The notes under the pieces: generated by a model | Seen by the model: only the letters and a program-made list of their open reading frames with translations | Database searches by the model: none | Told to the model about the DNA's origin: nothing | Made by a program: the position numbers and the translations under genes | NCBI GenBank assembly: GCA_002071485.1 | Contig: MWFF01000197.1 | Coordinates: forward strand, 31,424-95,423 | Direction of reading: 5' to 3' | Length of the DNA stretch: 64,000 nt | Source: Verrucomicrobia bacterium ADurb.Bin006 | GTDB taxonomy: Bacteria; Verrucomicrobiota; Verrucomicrobiia; Limisphaerales; J093 | Part shown: positions 1 to 9,550 of the stretch, in pieces | Layout: each line of letters starts with the position of its first letter | Numbering within the stretch: position 1 is the stretch's first letter

Positions 1-487
1 CGCGGACCTTGAAGTTGTCGCCTCCAAGAACGCCCAGAATGGCGTTCTCGCTGTCGCCATACCCCGAGTAGGGCAGACGCGTCGAGCGCCGAACGAGCAA
101 CTCGGGTTTCTCGGGGTCGGGGCTTGGCCGAGCTTCCTCACTCGTCGAATCGAGCACGATTTGAATGACCGCGTTGTTGCCGCCGAGAATGCCGTTGCTG
201 TTGGGCTTCGAGCCCGGTTGCGTGTAGCCGTCGATCGTGACGTCGTTCGCCGTGATCAGCGGATACCCGCCCATCGGCGTGACCAGGATGTGCGGCCCCG
301 TCCCCGGGATGTTGAACTTGATCGTGTCGCCGTCCGCCAACTGGCCGATGGCTTGCTTGAGCGACGTTTGCCCCGCAGGCGGGGAATCACTGTTCGTCGT
401 CGTGACGATGATGTCCTTGGCTCCAACGGTGAGAGACGCCGCCGCGAAGGCCGTGGCAGCCACCGTCGCAATCGATAGACGCTTCAT
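1..487 (-). CDS. Secreted beta-helix-like protein, N-terminal 162 codons (gene runs off the window start)
   Basis: This ORF is absent from the ORF track because it is open at the window edge. My reverse-strand translation from the ATG (complement of 485-487) reaches base 1 without a stop: MKRLSIATVAATAFAAASLTVGAKDIIVTTTNSDSPPAGQTSLKQAIGQLADGDTIKFNIPGTGPHILVTPMGGYPLITANDVTIDGYTQPGS... It has a signal-peptide-like N-terminus followed by the 'SLxQAIxxAxxGDTIxF' opening I associate with right-handed beta-helix proteins. Confidence 0.6.
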   Translation of the reverse strand, partial: MKRLSIATVAATAFAAASLTVGAKDIIVTTTNSDSPPAGQTSLKQAIGQLADGDTIKFNIPGTGPHILVTPMGGYPLITANDVTIDGYTQPGSKPNSNGILGGNNAVIQIVLDSTSEEARPSPDPEKPELLVRRSTRLPYSGYGDSENAILGVLGGDNFKVR

Positions 488-501
488 AAGTCGTTCCATG
501 A

Positions 502-537
502 TGTGCTTATGTGCTTTTGTTTTGTGCTGTTGTGCTT
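502..537 (-). repeat. Four close copies of a heptamer (AAGCACA on the minus strand) in the 5' leader of the gene starting at 487
   Basis: TGTGCTT occurs at 502-508, 510-516 and 531-537, and TGTGCTG at 523-529. These lie 15-50 nt upstream of the minus-strand ATG, in a locally AT-richer stretch. Confidence 0.5.
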
Positions 538-883
538 GCCTGGAAATGCGTAAGCGGAATACTAATGCGGCGGAGAGCAAAGGACAAGAGCGAACTGCAA
601 GAGTTTTTGGCGTCCGGTGTCCTGGAACGATTCGCGGACAGCAGTGTGCCTGGTGGCGGGCCAGGAGGCTGCCCGCGGCGCGAGCGTGGATTCGAGGCGC
701 TCGGGAAGAACCCGTGTCAGTCCGCGGAGGAGCATTGCTTTGCAATGACGCGGATCGGCGAGCGCCTTTCAGCAATGCTCCGAAGCGGAATGTCAACTAT
801 TTAGATGCGACCCCACTGGCGATCCAAAGGGCGCTCGAGAAACTGGCTTGGCTTTGCCTGACGCTGCCGTAACGTGATTCCTC

Positions 884-3800
884 GTGCAGCGTCGCGATAT
901 TCTATGCCCTGGTGGCCGGGCCGTTTTCGGCCTGGCGCTGCTTTGTTTCTGCCTGGCCGCCTGGTCCGGCAGCGTCACCCTGCTCCCGCCGGCGGGGCAG
1001 GGGATGTTCCTCCGCGGTTTGTGCGAGGCTTCGGCGCCGGACACAGCGGCCTGGCGCCAGCCGGCTTTCGACGATCGGGATTGGGAGGTGGCGCAATTCC
1101 CCCTCTTCCACGGTCTGGCGCTGGGCGGGACGCGACTGTCGGACATGCCGGGCCGGTACACATCGGTCTATGTGCGGCGGTACTTCGTGGTGAAAGACCC
1201 GGCGGAGATCGTGCGGTTGGAGTTGGGCGCGGTGTGTGACGGTGGGTACGTGGCGTGGATCAATGGCCAGGAGGTGCGTCGCTCGAATGTCCGGACCGGC
1301 GATCTGACGTTCGATGATACGGCGTTGTCCGAGCAGGCGGATCCGGTCTTGTTCGAAGCCGAGGAGTTCGAGACCTGGCGTGGGCTGTTGGTGGCGGGGA
1401 CCAATGTTCTGGCGTTGCAGGCCTTTTCGAGTTCGCGCGCCGACGACGCGGATTTTGTGTTTGATGCCTCGCTCGTGGCCACGATCGACGAGGACCCGCC
1501 GGTCATCGAGGCCGTCGAACCGCCGCCCGGGAGCGTGCTTCGCGCATTGCATTCGATCGAGGTTCAGTTCAGCGAGCCGGTCGTGGGTGTCGACGCCGCC
1601 GATCTGCTTGTGAACGGAAATCCGGCGATCGGGGTTGTCGAGGTCGTGCCCGGGGATTTCCTGTTCACCGTCGAGCCGCCGGGCGACGGACAGGCAGCGG
1701 TGGCCTGGCGGGCCGACCATGGCATTACCGACGCCGTTGGCGCGCGTCATCCGTTCGTTGCCAAGGGGTGGTCCTACCTTGTCGACTCCGCGTCGCCGTC
1801 GTCTGCCCTGGTGCTTTCGGAGTTCATGGCGGATAACAAGCGCACGCTCAACGACGAGGACGGCGACAGTTCGGATTGGATCGAGATTCACAACTCGGGC
1901 AGCGACACGGCGAGCCTCGCGGGCTGGTTTCTCACCGACGACCCTGCGAACCTCACGAAGTGGTGTTTTCCGGAGATCGAACTGGTTGCCGGTGGCTATC
2001 GGGTGGTTTTTGCATCCGGCAAGGACCGCACCAATCCGGCGGCGAAGCTCCACACGAACTTCAAGCTCTCCGCCGAGGGCGGCTTTCTCGCCCTGGTCGA
2101 CCCGGCGGGCCAGGTCGTTTCGCAATTCGGCGCGGCCTATCCCCGGCAGGTGACGGACGTTTCCTACGGCTGGGTGCTGGGTGAGGGCCATGCCTTGGGT
2201 TACTTCACCAATCCCACGCCTGGCGCCCCGAATGCCTCGAGCGGACCCGGTTTCGCGCCGAAGGTGCAGTTCTCGCGCGCGGGGGGCACCTTCACCAACC
2301 CGTTCTCGTTGTCGCTCTCGTCGAGTCTGAGCGGAGCCCTGATCCGTTACACACTCGATGGCAACCTACCGACCAACGGCTCGACCCTCTACGAAGGGCC
2401 GATTGAGGTCACCAACAGCCTCCAGGTGCGCGCTCGGGCTTTTGCCGACGGCCTGCTGCCGGGCCCGCCGCGGAGCGAGGGCTACGTCCTGTTGGCGACC
2501 AATGTCCTGGGCTTCACGTCGGACCTCCCCGTGCTGGTGTTGCACTCCCATGGGAAAGGGGCGCCCAACTCGACCCGATTGAACTTCGCCCAAGTGTGCG
2601 TGTTCGAGCCGAAGTCTGGACGCACCCGGCTGACCGATGAACCGGCGCTGAGTGCCCGCGCCGGCGTGCAGATTCGCGGTTCGAGCACTGAGGGCTTGGC
2701 CAAATCGAGTTACAAGCTCGAACTGTGGGACGAGTTTGGAATGGACCAGAAGCACCCGCTGCTCGGATTGCCGGCGGAGTCGGATTGGGTCCTCTATGCG
2801 CCCAATCAGTTCGAGCCGGTGCTGATTCACAACCCATTCATCCATCAGATCAGCCGCGACATGGGCCGGTACTCACCGCGGACGCGCTTTGTCGAGGTCT
2901 ACTTCAACCGCGGCAAAGGCCCGATGACATCCACTCATTACGCCGGCATCTATGTGCTCGAAGAGAAGATCAAGATCGGTCGGGAGCGGCTGGCGATTGA
3001 CAAACTGGAACCTGAGAACCTCGCTCCGCCGTCCGTGACAGGCGGCTATTTGCTCAAGATCGATCGGTTGGATCCCGGCGATGTCGGTCTGGTAGCCGGC
3101 GGGGTGACCCTGGCATACGTCGATCCGAAGGAGCGGGAGATTCGACTGGCCCAGCGTCGCCCGCAGCAGAATTACATTCGGGACTATGTCAACGCGTTCT
3201 ACAAGGCCCTGATGGCCACCAACTGGCTCGATGCGCGTCTGGGCTATCGCGCCTACATCGACGTCGAGGCCGCCATCGACTACCATGTCCTCGAAGTGCT
3301 CAGCGGCAACGTCGATGCCCTCGTCCTGAGCGCCTATCTGCACAAACCCCGCAACGGCAAGATCACCTTCGGCCCGCATTGGGACTTTGATCGCGCCCTG
3401 GGCTCGACCGACGGGCGGGATTCCAATCCGCGTCTTTGGGCGACTGGTCCGTTCTTCTCCGCGGCGTGGTGGAATCGGATGTTCACCGACAAGGATTTCT
3501 GGCAGCGTTGGGTGGATCGCTGGCAGGAACTGCGCGAATCGCATTTCTCCTTGAACAACCTCCATGGCCTGATCGATCGGCTCGCCGCCGAGGTCCGCCA
3601 GGCCCAGCCCCGCGAGTTTGCGAAATGGCGGATCGGGCTGCGCGGCGGTTCCTACGAGAGCGAAGTGCGATTGATGAAGAACTGGCTCTCCAATCGGATC
3701 GATTTCATCGATCGCCAACTCACTCAGCCGCCTCGATTCAGCCGGCTGGGCGGTTCGATCGCCCCGGGATTCGTCTTGCAGATCGCCAGCCCACCCAATG

Positions 3801-5890
3801 CTTCGGTTTATTATACTCTAGACGGTTCGGACCCGAGACTCTCCACAGGCGGCGTGTCAGCCGGCGCCCTCAGTTACACCGGCCCAATCACCCTCGATCG
3901 CAACGCGCGCGTGATCGCGCGCGCTCACGACCCGACCAAGAGGCAGACTGGCGGTCCCCCCGCTGTCTCGTCGACGCCGTGGTCCCGCCCGGTCGCGGCC
4001 ACCTTCGTGGTGTCCACGCCCCGCCTGGTGATTACGGAAATCATGTTTCACCCCGAACCGCCTCCCAAAGGCGACCCCGATCTCGAAGACGAGTTTGAGT
4101 ACCTCGAGTTGTCGAACCTGGGCTTGTCGCCGATCGATCTTCCCGGCTTCCGGCTGACCAACGGCGTCGAGTTCGCCTTCACGTCCGCCAGCGGCGTGAC
4201 CCGATTGGCTCCGGGAGAACGGGTTCTGGTGGTCAAGAACCAGGCTGCTTTCCTGCGTCGCTACCCCGGCACAACCCGGATCGCCGGCGAATACACGGGA
4301 ACACTCCACAACGCTTCGGACCGGCTGACGCTCCTGGGCCCACTCGAGGAGCCGATCAGCGATTTTGTCTACCACGATGCGTGGGCCCCGCTGGCCGACG
4401 GATTCGGCTTCGCCCTGGTTCTTGCCGACGAAACGACGGACCCGGCGGATTTGGGTGACGCCCGCCGGTGGCGATTGAGCGCGACAGTGGGCGGATCGCC
4501 CGGCGCGCCCGACCCGGCGCCGCCGGCACTGCCTGCGATTTGGATTCAGGAAGTGCTCAGTAACACCAGTCCGCCCGAACAGGACGCAATCGAGATCTCG
4601 AACCCCACTCGAGCGCCGGTCGACATCTCGGGATGGTATCTGAGCGACGATTTCAGGACGCCGCGCAAGTATCGTTTCCCGCAGGGCACCGTCCTGCCGC
4701 CGAGCGGCTTGTGGCTCGTCACCGAGGACGCGTTCAACGCGCCCGGCCCCGGCGCCTTCGGCCTGAGCGCCACCGGCGATGAAGTCTACGTGTTCTCGGC
4801 CGATGCCCAGGGGCGGCTCACCGGTTACATGCACGGCTTCGAGTTCGGACCCGCCGATCCGCACATGAGCTTCGGATTGCACGCGCTGGGCGGCAATCGC
4901 CAGGCTTTTGTCGAGCAGATCGAGCCCACCCTGGGCCGCCCGAATCGCGGACCGCGGGTCGGCCCCGTCGTGATCAGCGAAATCATGTACGCCCCCGCGA
5001 CAGCCCCGTCGGGCGGGCTCGGTGAGGAGTTTGTCGAACTGCGCAACCTCACCGGCGAACCCGTACCGCTCTTCGATCCGGCGCGGCCCGAGTCGACTTG
5101 GCGCTTGAGCGGGGCTGTGAATCTGGTTTTCCCGCCTGGTATCATTCTGCCACCGCATGGACACATCGTCGCGGTAGGCTTCGATCCCGATCGCGATCTC
5201 GGGCGCCTCCTGGCTTTTCGGCAGCAATATCATCCGCCCGACGGGCTGGTCCTGACGGGTCCCTGGGAAGGGCGCCTCGACAAGACCAGCCAACCGCTGC
5301 GTCTCCAGCGTCCCGGGCAGCCGCGATCCGGCGGGTCCTCGGGGATTGAGACGCCATATCTGCTAGTCGAACAGGTGCATTACCTCGCGTCGGCGCCTTG
5401 GCCTGTCGAGGCGAACGGAACCGGTCGTTCGCTTGCGCGGCGCTTTGACGGCGCCTACGCGGACGATGTAGATAATTGGCATGCTGTCGTGCCCAGCCCC
5501 GGCGCGCAGGACACCGATGGCGATGGCTTGCCTGACGATTGGGAACTGGCCAACGGTCTCAATCCCTATTCCGCTGACGGTCAGGACGGCGCCACGGGCG
5601 ATCCCGATCGCAATGGACTCGTCAATCGCGATGCCTATCGGTCCGGCCGGCCCGCCTGGTACGGACCGACCCGAGTCCAGTGCGCCGTGGCGCCGAATGA
5701 TCCGGATTCGGTCCTCCTCGAATTCGATGCCGTCGTGGGCCGGCGCTACACGGTATTCTCGCGCGAGGCGCGCTCGGGGGCTTCATGGCGGCTCGAGTAC
5801 ACGGCACCGGCGATCCTGTTTGCCCAAAGGGTCGCGGTCCAGTTGCCCCGGCCCGACGGCGCCCGGTGGTACCGCGTGCGGGTCGAATGA
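884..5890 (+). CDS. CotH kinase-family giant secreted protein with four lamin-tail domains (1668 aa)
   Basis: GTG start with a signal-like segment (GRAVFGLALLCFCLAAWSGS). The CotH-type core includes YLHKPRNGKITFGPHWDFDRALG. There are four LTD-like modules (e.g. LSEFMADNKRTLNDEDGDSSDWIEIHNSG...LAGWFLTDD; VITEIMFHPEPP...EYLELSNLG; IQEVLSNTSPPEQDAIEISNP...ISGWYLSDD; VISEIMYAP...EFVELRNLTG). Two chitobiase/Fn3-associated-like segments are present (IRYTLDGNLPTNGSTLYEGPIEV; VYYTLDGSDPRLS). There is also an acidic thrombospondin-type-3-like stretch (DTDGDGLPDDWELANGLNPYSADGQDGATGDPDRNG). Confidence 0.85.
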   Translation: MQRRDILCPGGRAVFGLALLCFCLAAWSGSVTLLPPAGQGMFLRGLCEASAPDTAAWRQPAFDDRDWEVAQFPLFHGLALGGTRLSDMPGRYTSVYVRRYFVVKDPAEIVRLELGAVCDGGYVAWINGQEVRRSNVRTGDLTFDDTALSEQADPVLFEAEEFETWRGLLVAGTNVLALQAFSSSRADDADFVFDASLVATIDEDPPVIEAVEPPPGSVLRALHSIEVQFSEPVVGVDAADLLVNGNPAIGVVEVVPGDFLFTVEPPGDGQAAVAWRADHGITDAVGARHPFVAKGWSYLVDSASPSSALVLSEFMADNKRTLNDEDGDSSDWIEIHNSGSDTASLAGWFLTDDPANLTKWCFPEIELVAGGYRVVFASGKDRTNPAAKLHTNFKLSAEGGFLALVDPAGQVVSQFGAAYPRQVTDVSYGWVLGEGHALGYFTNPTPGAPNASSGPGFAPKVQFSRAGGTFTNPFSLSLSSSLSGALIRYTLDGNLPTNGSTLYEGPIEVTNSLQVRARAFADGLLPGPPRSEGYVLLATNVLGFTSDLPVLVLHSHGKGAPNSTRLNFAQVCVFEPKSGRTRLTDEPALSARAGVQIRGSSTEGLAKSSYKLELWDEFGMDQKHPLLGLPAESDWVLYAPNQFEPVLIHNPFIHQISRDMGRYSPRTRFVEVYFNRGKGPMTSTHYAGIYVLEEKIKIGRERLAIDKLEPENLAPPSVTGGYLLKIDRLDPGDVGLVAGGVTLAYVDPKEREIRLAQRRPQQNYIRDYVNAFYKALMATNWLDARLGYRAYIDVEAAIDYHVLEVLSGNVDALVLSAYLHKPRNGKITFGPHWDFDRALGSTDGRDSNPRLWATGPFFSAAWWNRMFTDKDFWQRWVDRWQELRESHFSLNNLHGLIDRLAAEVRQAQPREFAKWRIGLRGGSYESEVRLMKNWLSNRIDFIDRQLTQPPRFSRLGGSIAPGFVLQIASPPNASVYYTLDGSDPRLSTGGVSAGALSYTGPITLDRNARVIARAHDPTKRQTGGPPAVSSTPWSRPVAATFVVSTPRLVITEIMFHPEPPPKGDPDLEDEFEYLELSNLGLSPIDLPGFRLTNGVEFAFTSASGVTRLAPGERVLVVKNQAAFLRRYPGTTRIAGEYTGTLHNASDRLTLLGPLEEPISDFVYHDAWAPLADGFGFALVLADETTDPADLGDARRWRLSATVGGSPGAPDPAPPALPAIWIQEVLSNTSPPEQDAIEISNPTRAPVDISGWYLSDDFRTPRKYRFPQGTVLPPSGLWLVTEDAFNAPGPGAFGLSATGDEVYVFSADAQGRLTGYMHGFEFGPADPHMSFGLHALGGNRQAFVEQIEPTLGRPNRGPRVGPVVISEIMYAPATAPSGGLGEEFVELRNLTGEPVPLFDPARPESTWRLSGAVNLVFPPGIILPPHGHIVAVGFDPDRDLGRLLAFRQQYHPPDGLVLTGPWEGRLDKTSQPLRLQRPGQPRSGGSSGIETPYLLVEQVHYLASAPWPVEANGTGRSLARRFDGAYADDVDNWHAVVPSPGAQDTDGDGLPDDWELANGLNPYSADGQDGATGDPDRNGLVNRDAYRSGRPAWYGPTRVQCAVAPNDPDSVLLEFDAVVGRRYTVFSREARSGASWRLEYTAPAILFAQRVAVQLPRPDGARWYRVRVE

Positions 5891-5903
5891 GCGCTCCCAT
5901 GAA

Positions 5904-5982
5904 GTTGAGAGTTGAGAGTTGGACGTATGCGATTCAAGGTTCCCGCGCGCATTGGATCGTTGAATGCCAAAGTCCTCCATGA
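5904..5982. repeat. Intergenic structured repeat, copy R1 (degenerate)
   Basis: GTTGAGAGTTGAGAGTTGG is followed by GGTTCCCGCGCGCATTGGATCGTTGAATGCCAAAGTCCTCCATGA. This aligns by eye with the reverse complement of the cores at 42947-43001 and 63943-63997, and with 12573-12622. Confidence 0.5.
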
Positions 5983-6019
5983 GTCGTCAAACATACGTTC
6001 CGAACCACGACCAAGCACC

Positions 6020-7453
6020 ATGACTAAAAGAATCGTCATCGCCGGCGCACTCGCTGCGCTGGTCCTCCTGGCTCGAGCCCAGGATTCCTCGGATGCCATG
6101 TCGGCCTGGCAATCGCTGTTCGACGGCCGCAGCCTTGACGGCTGGAAAGCCGGCGAACACCCGGCATCGTTCAAGGTTGTGGATGGGGCAATTGCCTGCG
6201 ACGGACCGCGCGCGCACCTGTTCTACATGGGTGGCGCGGGCGGCGCCCGCTTCAAGAACTTCGAGTTCGAGGCCGAGGTTATGACGCGACCGGGGGCGAA
6301 TTCAGGCGTGTACTTTCACACGGCGTTTCAGGACAGCGGCTGGCCCCGGGCCGGGTTTGAAGTCCAGGTAAACAATTCGCAGCCGGCGCACAACGACTAC
6401 TTCGAGACCAAGAAGACCGGAAGCCTGTATGGCCTCCGCGCCCAGCACAAGTCCATTGTTAGCGACAACGAGTGGTTCCGTCTGCAAGTCCGCGTGTGCG
6501 GTCGCCAGGTGCAAATCCGGCTCAACGGGACGTTGGTTGTGGATTACGTCGAGCCGAAAGCGGCGGCGGGTCGGGGCGTTCCCCGGCGGCGGCTTGGAGA
6601 AGGGACATTCGCACTGCAGTGTCACGACGAAACCAGCAAAGTGCTCTATCGGAATCTCCGTGTGCGTGTGTTGCCGGAGGCCGCAGGCGGCCCGGTCGAG
6701 GAGCCTGTCGTGGACGATGCCTACCGCCAGATCATCGCGCTGCAGGCCGCCAATTTCCCGGTGATCAACGCGCATGTGCATCTCAAAGGCGGCCTGACCT
6801 TGGACGAAGCGCTCGCCCTGTCCCGAAAGACCGGCGTGTATTATGGCATTGCCGTGAACTGCGGCGTGGGCTTCGGCGTCACCAACGACGCAGGAATCCA
6901 CCGGTACATCGATGAGATGAAGGGCCAGCCTGCGTTCGTCGCCATGCAGGCCGAAGGCCGCGAGTGGGTCAATATGTTCTCCCGCGAGGCCATCGCCCGG
7001 TTCGATTATGTCTTCACCGATTCGATGACCTACACCGACAATCAGGGGCGGCGGATGCGGCTCTGGATGCCGAACGAAGTGTTTGTGGACGATCCGCAGA
7101 GTTTCATGGACACGCTCGTCGACCGCGCCGTGGGCATTCTGAGCACCGAGCCGATCGACATCTACGTCAACCCCACATTCCTGCCGGACGTTCTGGCCGC
7201 CGACTACGACGCCCTCTGGACCGAAGAACGGATGCGCCGGGTGATCGACGCCGCTGTGAAGCACCAGGTCGCCATCGAGATCAATGCCCGCTACCGCCTG
7301 CCGAGTCCGCGCTTCATCAAGCTCGCCAAGCAGGCCGGCGCCAAATTCTCCTTCGGCACGAACAACGGCGACCGCGATGTCGGGGACATCGCTTACTGTC
7401 TTCAGATGGTCCGCGAATGCGAACTCAAATGGCAGGACATGTTCTTCCCGTAA
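6020..7453 (+). CDS. DUF1080 (3-keto-disaccharide hydrolase-like lectin fold) fused to a PHP/amidohydrolase-like metal-dependent domain
   Basis: I place the start at MTKRIVIAGALAALVLLARAQ (signal peptide), inside the longer tracked ORF 5912..7453. DUF1080 hallmarks are WQSLFDGRSLDGWK...FKVVDGAI...FKNFEFEAEVMTRPGANSGVYFH. The C-terminal half carries an INAHVH metal motif and a TIM-barrel-like pattern. Confidence 0.75.
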   Translation: MTKRIVIAGALAALVLLARAQDSSDAMSAWQSLFDGRSLDGWKAGEHPASFKVVDGAIACDGPRAHLFYMGGAGGARFKNFEFEAEVMTRPGANSGVYFHTAFQDSGWPRAGFEVQVNNSQPAHNDYFETKKTGSLYGLRAQHKSIVSDNEWFRLQVRVCGRQVQIRLNGTLVVDYVEPKAAAGRGVPRRRLGEGTFALQCHDETSKVLYRNLRVRVLPEAAGGPVEEPVVDDAYRQIIALQAANFPVINAHVHLKGGLTLDEALALSRKTGVYYGIAVNCGVGFGVTNDAGIHRYIDEMKGQPAFVAMQAEGREWVNMFSREAIARFDYVFTDSMTYTDNQGRRMRLWMPNEVFVDDPQSFMDTLVDRAVGILSTEPIDIYVNPTFLPDVLAADYDALWTEERMRRVIDAAVKHQVAIEINARYRLPSPRFIKLAKQAGAKFSFGTNNGDRDVGDIAYCLQMVRECELKWQDMFFP

Positions 7454-7518
7454 CCCCCGGCCCTTTTCGCGGCCGTGTCCAGCATCGCTGGGCGGCAACT
7501 GTCCGCTGACCTGCCGTT

Positions 7519-8577
7519 TTGAAGATTCTGATCCTGAAGCCAAGCTCGCTGGGCGACGTAGTGCAGGCGCTGCCCGTGCTGCGGTTGCTCAGGAAGCGTC
7601 GGCCCGACGCCCAAGTGGATTGGTGGATCGACGCCGGCCTGGCGCCGTTGCTCGAAGGCGATCCGGATCTGGCGACGTTGATTCCGTTCGATCGTCACCG
7701 ATGGCGCACGCCCCGGATTTGGGTCGATGCCGGGCGCGAACTTGCCCGAATGCGCCGGGCGCGGTACGACCTGGTCATCGATCTCCAGGCGCTCGCGCGC
7801 AGCAGCCTGATCGCCTGGCTGGCGCGGGGGCGTCTGACGATCGGCTTGGACGACACCCGGGAGGGGGCGTCGGCCCTCTACGACATCCGCGTCCCACGCC
7901 CCTCACCGACGACCCATGCGGTGGATTGGTATCTGGCGGTGCTGAGGCTCCTCGAGATTCCTGTCCACCGCGACTTCGTCTGGCTGCCCGAGCGGGTCGA
8001 GGTCGCCGATCGAATCCGCGCGCGCTGGCCTGGCGGTCAGATGGACTGGGTGGGCATTTCGCCCGGGGCGCGATGGGAGAACAAACGGTGGCCGGCCGAG
8101 CGCTACGCCGCGCTCGTGGCGCGTCTGGCGGAGGAGTGTCCTCAGCTTCGGTTCGCGGTGCTTGGGGCAGCCAGCGACCGTGCGCTGGCCGAGGCGGTGT
8201 GCGCCGGGCGTCCGGATCGATGCGTGAATCTGGCGGGGCAGATCAGCTTGCCGGAAATGGTCGAGTGGATACGCCGCTGTCGGGTGCTTGTCAGCAACGA
8301 CACCGGTCCGATGCACGTGGCGGCTGCTCTGGGCACGCCCGTGGTTGCCCTCTTCGGGCCGACCGATCCCCGGCGCACCGGGCCGTACGACCAGGTCGAT
8401 CACGTCCTGCAACACCCGTTGGCATGCGTTCCGTGTCTCAAGAGCCGATGCTCTCACGCGCCTCCCCTCGAGTGTCTGCGATTGATCTCGGTCGACCAGG
8501 TGTGCGAGGCGGTTCGGCAGCGTCTGGGCGAGCCCTCGGGAGTCGCAACTCGAGATTCGCATCGGGAATCGCAATGA
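7519..8577 (+). CDS. Glycosyltransferase family 9 (LPS heptosyltransferase-like)
   Basis: TTG start. MKILILKPSSLGDVVQALPVLRLLRKRRPDAQVDWW... and ...LVSNDTGPMHVAAALGTPVVALFGPTDP are classic GT9 motifs. The stop overlaps the truA ATG (ATGA at 8574-8577). Confidence 0.85.
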   Translation: MKILILKPSSLGDVVQALPVLRLLRKRRPDAQVDWWIDAGLAPLLEGDPDLATLIPFDRHRWRTPRIWVDAGRELARMRRARYDLVIDLQALARSSLIAWLARGRLTIGLDDTREGASALYDIRVPRPSPTTHAVDWYLAVLRLLEIPVHRDFVWLPERVEVADRIRARWPGGQMDWVGISPGARWENKRWPAERYAALVARLAEECPQLRFAVLGAASDRALAEAVCAGRPDRCVNLAGQISLPEMVEWIRRCRVLVSNDTGPMHVAAALGTPVVALFGPTDPRRTGPYDQVDHVLQHPLACVPCLKSRCSHAPPLECLRLISVDQVCEAVRQRLGEPSGVATRDSHRESQ

Positions 8578-9473
8578 AGCATATGTCCGACCCGGGGCAT
8601 TCGACCCTCGATAGCCGACACATCGGCGCGTCGGGACGACGGGCGGTTGAGCAGGGCGCGAAGGTTCCAGCAGTGACCGGTGCCCGGGTTCGTCTCAAGC
8701 TGACGATCGCCTACGACGGGACCGGGTACGAAGGCTGGCAGATCCAGAAGACTGGTCTTGGCGTTCAGCAGCGCATTGAGGAAGCGCTGGCCCGTTTGTT
8801 CGCGTCGCATCCGCGGGTTCACGGATCAAGCCGGACCGACGCCGGGGTGCACGCCGTGGGCTTGGTGGCGCATCTGGACGTGCCGCGGGATGAGTGGCGG
8901 ATGACCGGCGCCAAGCTGCGTTTGGCGATGAACGCTCATTTGCCCGAGGATATCCGCGTCCTGAGCGCCGCGCGCTGCCGTCCGAGTTTCCATGCCCGGT
9001 TCGATGCCGTGCGCAAGCAGTATCGCTACCTGGTCTGGAATCATCCGGCGATGAACCCTCTCTGGCGCCACCGGGCCTGGCACGTCCCGCGCACGCTAGA
9101 TGCCGCCGCCATGCGCGCCGCGGCCGTATCGCTCGTCGGGCGGCGCAATTTCCAGTCCTTCACAGCCAACCCCGGTTACGGACGCGCCTCGTCCGTGCGG
9201 ACCGTGTTTCGTTGTGACGTGCGCCGGCACGGGCCGATGCTAACGTTCATCATCGAGGCCGATGCCTTTCTTTACAAGATGTCTCGCGGCATTGTGGGTA
9301 CGCTTGTGCAGGTCGGGCTTGGGAAGATCAAGCCGTCAGACATGAGCGGGATTCTCGAGTGCCGCGACCGGCGCGTAGCCGGCATGACAGCGCCGGCGCA
9401 CGGGCTTGTCTTGTGGAAGGTGACGTATGGGCGGAAGGCTCGACCGGGCCGGAGCGATTCCGGGCTGGGATGA
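8574..9473 (+). CDS. truA: tRNA pseudouridine(38-40) synthase TruA
   Basis: RLKLTIAYDGTGYEGWQIQ...RVHGSSRTDAGVHAVGLVAHLDVP contains the catalytic Asp motif RTDAGVHA. This is the C-terminal part of tracked ORF 7284..9473. ATG 8574 is favoured by the ATGA coupling; GTG 8673 is an alternative start. Confidence 0.9.
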   Translation: MKHMSDPGHSTLDSRHIGASGRRAVEQGAKVPAVTGARVRLKLTIAYDGTGYEGWQIQKTGLGVQQRIEEALARLFASHPRVHGSSRTDAGVHAVGLVAHLDVPRDEWRMTGAKLRLAMNAHLPEDIRVLSAARCRPSFHARFDAVRKQYRYLVWNHPAMNPLWRHRAWHVPRTLDAAAMRAAAVSLVGRRNFQSFTANPGYGRASSVRTVFRCDVRRHGPMLTFIIEADAFLYKMSRGIVGTLVQVGLGKIKPSDMSGILECRDRRVAGMTAPAHGLVLWKVTYGRKARPGRSDSGLG

Positions 9474-9483
9474 TTCCGGGTTA

Positions 9484-9529
9484 AGGGTCTGTGCAAAAAC
9501 TACTTCCGATTGATTCTTGCACAGACCCT
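9484..9529. other. Perfect 13-bp inverted repeat (hairpin) between truA and trmL
   Basis: AGGGTCTGTGCAA (9484-9496) pairs with TTGCACAGACCCT (9517-9529) across a 20-nt loop. No T-tract follows the stem. Confidence 0.5.
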
Positions 9530-9550
9530 AAGGCTTCCGAGCCGCATGCA

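Noticed and set aside
7284-8573. N-terminal 430 codons of tracked ORF 7284..9473 (729 aa)
   Set aside because: This part overlaps the GT9 gene in another frame and is Arg/Ala/Pro/Gly-rich. Recognisable TruA sequence begins only near 8680, and an ATG at 8574 is coupled to the GT9 stop.
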